From an uncultured Gammaproteobacteria bacterium (lineage in GTDB: Bacteria; Pseudomonadota; Gammaproteobacteria; UBA9214), in the NCBI GenBank assembly GCA_963773065.1, contig CAVYZN010000029.1, positions 1 through 18,399 on the forward strand: DNA of 18,399 nt, in the 5' to 3' direction. The translations under genes and the position numbers were made by a program. Positions 17,871 through 18,399 of the stretch are shown in pieces. How positions within the stretch are numbered: the first letter of the stretch is position 1; each line of letters opens with the position of its first letter. The notes beneath the pieces are model-generated. The model worked only from the letters and a program-made list of their open reading frames with translations, was not told the origin of the DNA and searched no databases.

Positions 17871-18338
17871 ATGAAAATGCTCGTGTCGATTCCAGTAGCC
17901 TTGACCGGGTTTCTGTTCATGGCGAGTGCGACCGTCATGGCAGGTAAATTCGATGCCAAGATTCCCATGTCCGTCGGGACCGCCACGACCTATTATGTCC
18001 AAGGCCGGTTTGGCAACCTGGAAACCACTGAATTCATGGTAGACACAGGCTCGGGTTTCCTGACCATCAACAGACCCACGCTCGACGAACTCCTCGAACG
18101 AGCTTTGGCGACCTATAAGCGGGATTTGCCCGGCGTTATGGCCGATGGTACCGAAGTAGTGGTTCCTGTCTATCAGGTGGCGCAATTCAGCATCGGTCCC
18201 TGTCTGCTACAGAATGTGGAGGCGGCGGTGTTTCCATCAACGAAACGTCAGATCCTCGGTCTGAATGTCCTGAACCGGTCCGCCCCTTTCATCTTTTCCG
18301 TGAATCCGCCCGAGCTGGTTCTAAGCCATTGCACCTAG
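17871..18338 (+). CDS. Exported retropepsin-like (clan AA) aspartic protease
   Basis: FMVDTGS catalytic motif, ADGT flap region, ILGLNVL psi-loop motif, signal peptide; AGGGGGA RBS before ATG 17871. Confidence 0.88.
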   Translation: MKMLVSIPVALTGFLFMASATVMAGKFDAKIPMSVGTATTYYVQGRFGNLETTEFMVDTGSGFLTINRPTLDELLERALATYKRDLPGVMADGTEVVVPVYQVAQFSIGPCLLQNVEAAVFPSTKRQILGLNVLNRSAPFIFSVNPPELVLSHCT

Positions 18339-18399
18339 GATGGACTGGCGGAGGCCGAGGTCTCTTCCTTAGCCAACTAGTGTCCGTCCCCAAAATAAG

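Noticed and set aside
18376-18399. Possible terminal repeat of an IS/MITE at the window edge
   Set aside because: Truncated by the window; no partner repeat or transposase is visible.

Overview
Gammaproteobacterial-looking (inferred) chromosomal window. Its core is a SUF Fe-S assembly operon (sufB-sufC-sufD-sufU-sufT-Rieske ferredoxin) that lacks sufS and has an IscR type-1-like operator over its promoter; a lone AmmeMemoRadiSam radical SAM gene (amrS) is transcribed divergently from it. Other genes encode a PilZ protein, a MipA/OmpV outer-membrane protein, a frameshifted SWIM-SNF2 helicase with a possible degenerate MNT/HEPN-like tail, a frameshifted MlaC/Ttg2D, a secreted EF-hand protein, a retropepsin-like protease and several small secreted hypotheticals. 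Remnants of napC/nirT and glrK-glrR are also present. The most notable signals are absent from the ORF track: (i) two paralogous 32-aa hydrophobic microprotein genes about 14 kb apart (19/32 identical, with mostly synonymous codon changes at the identical residues), each in a sigma54-activator context (NtrC-like for one, GlrR-like for the other); and (ii) a compact unit of sigma54 promoter, anti-Shine-Dalgarno seed and terminator that looks like an unannotated ~105-nt sRNA.
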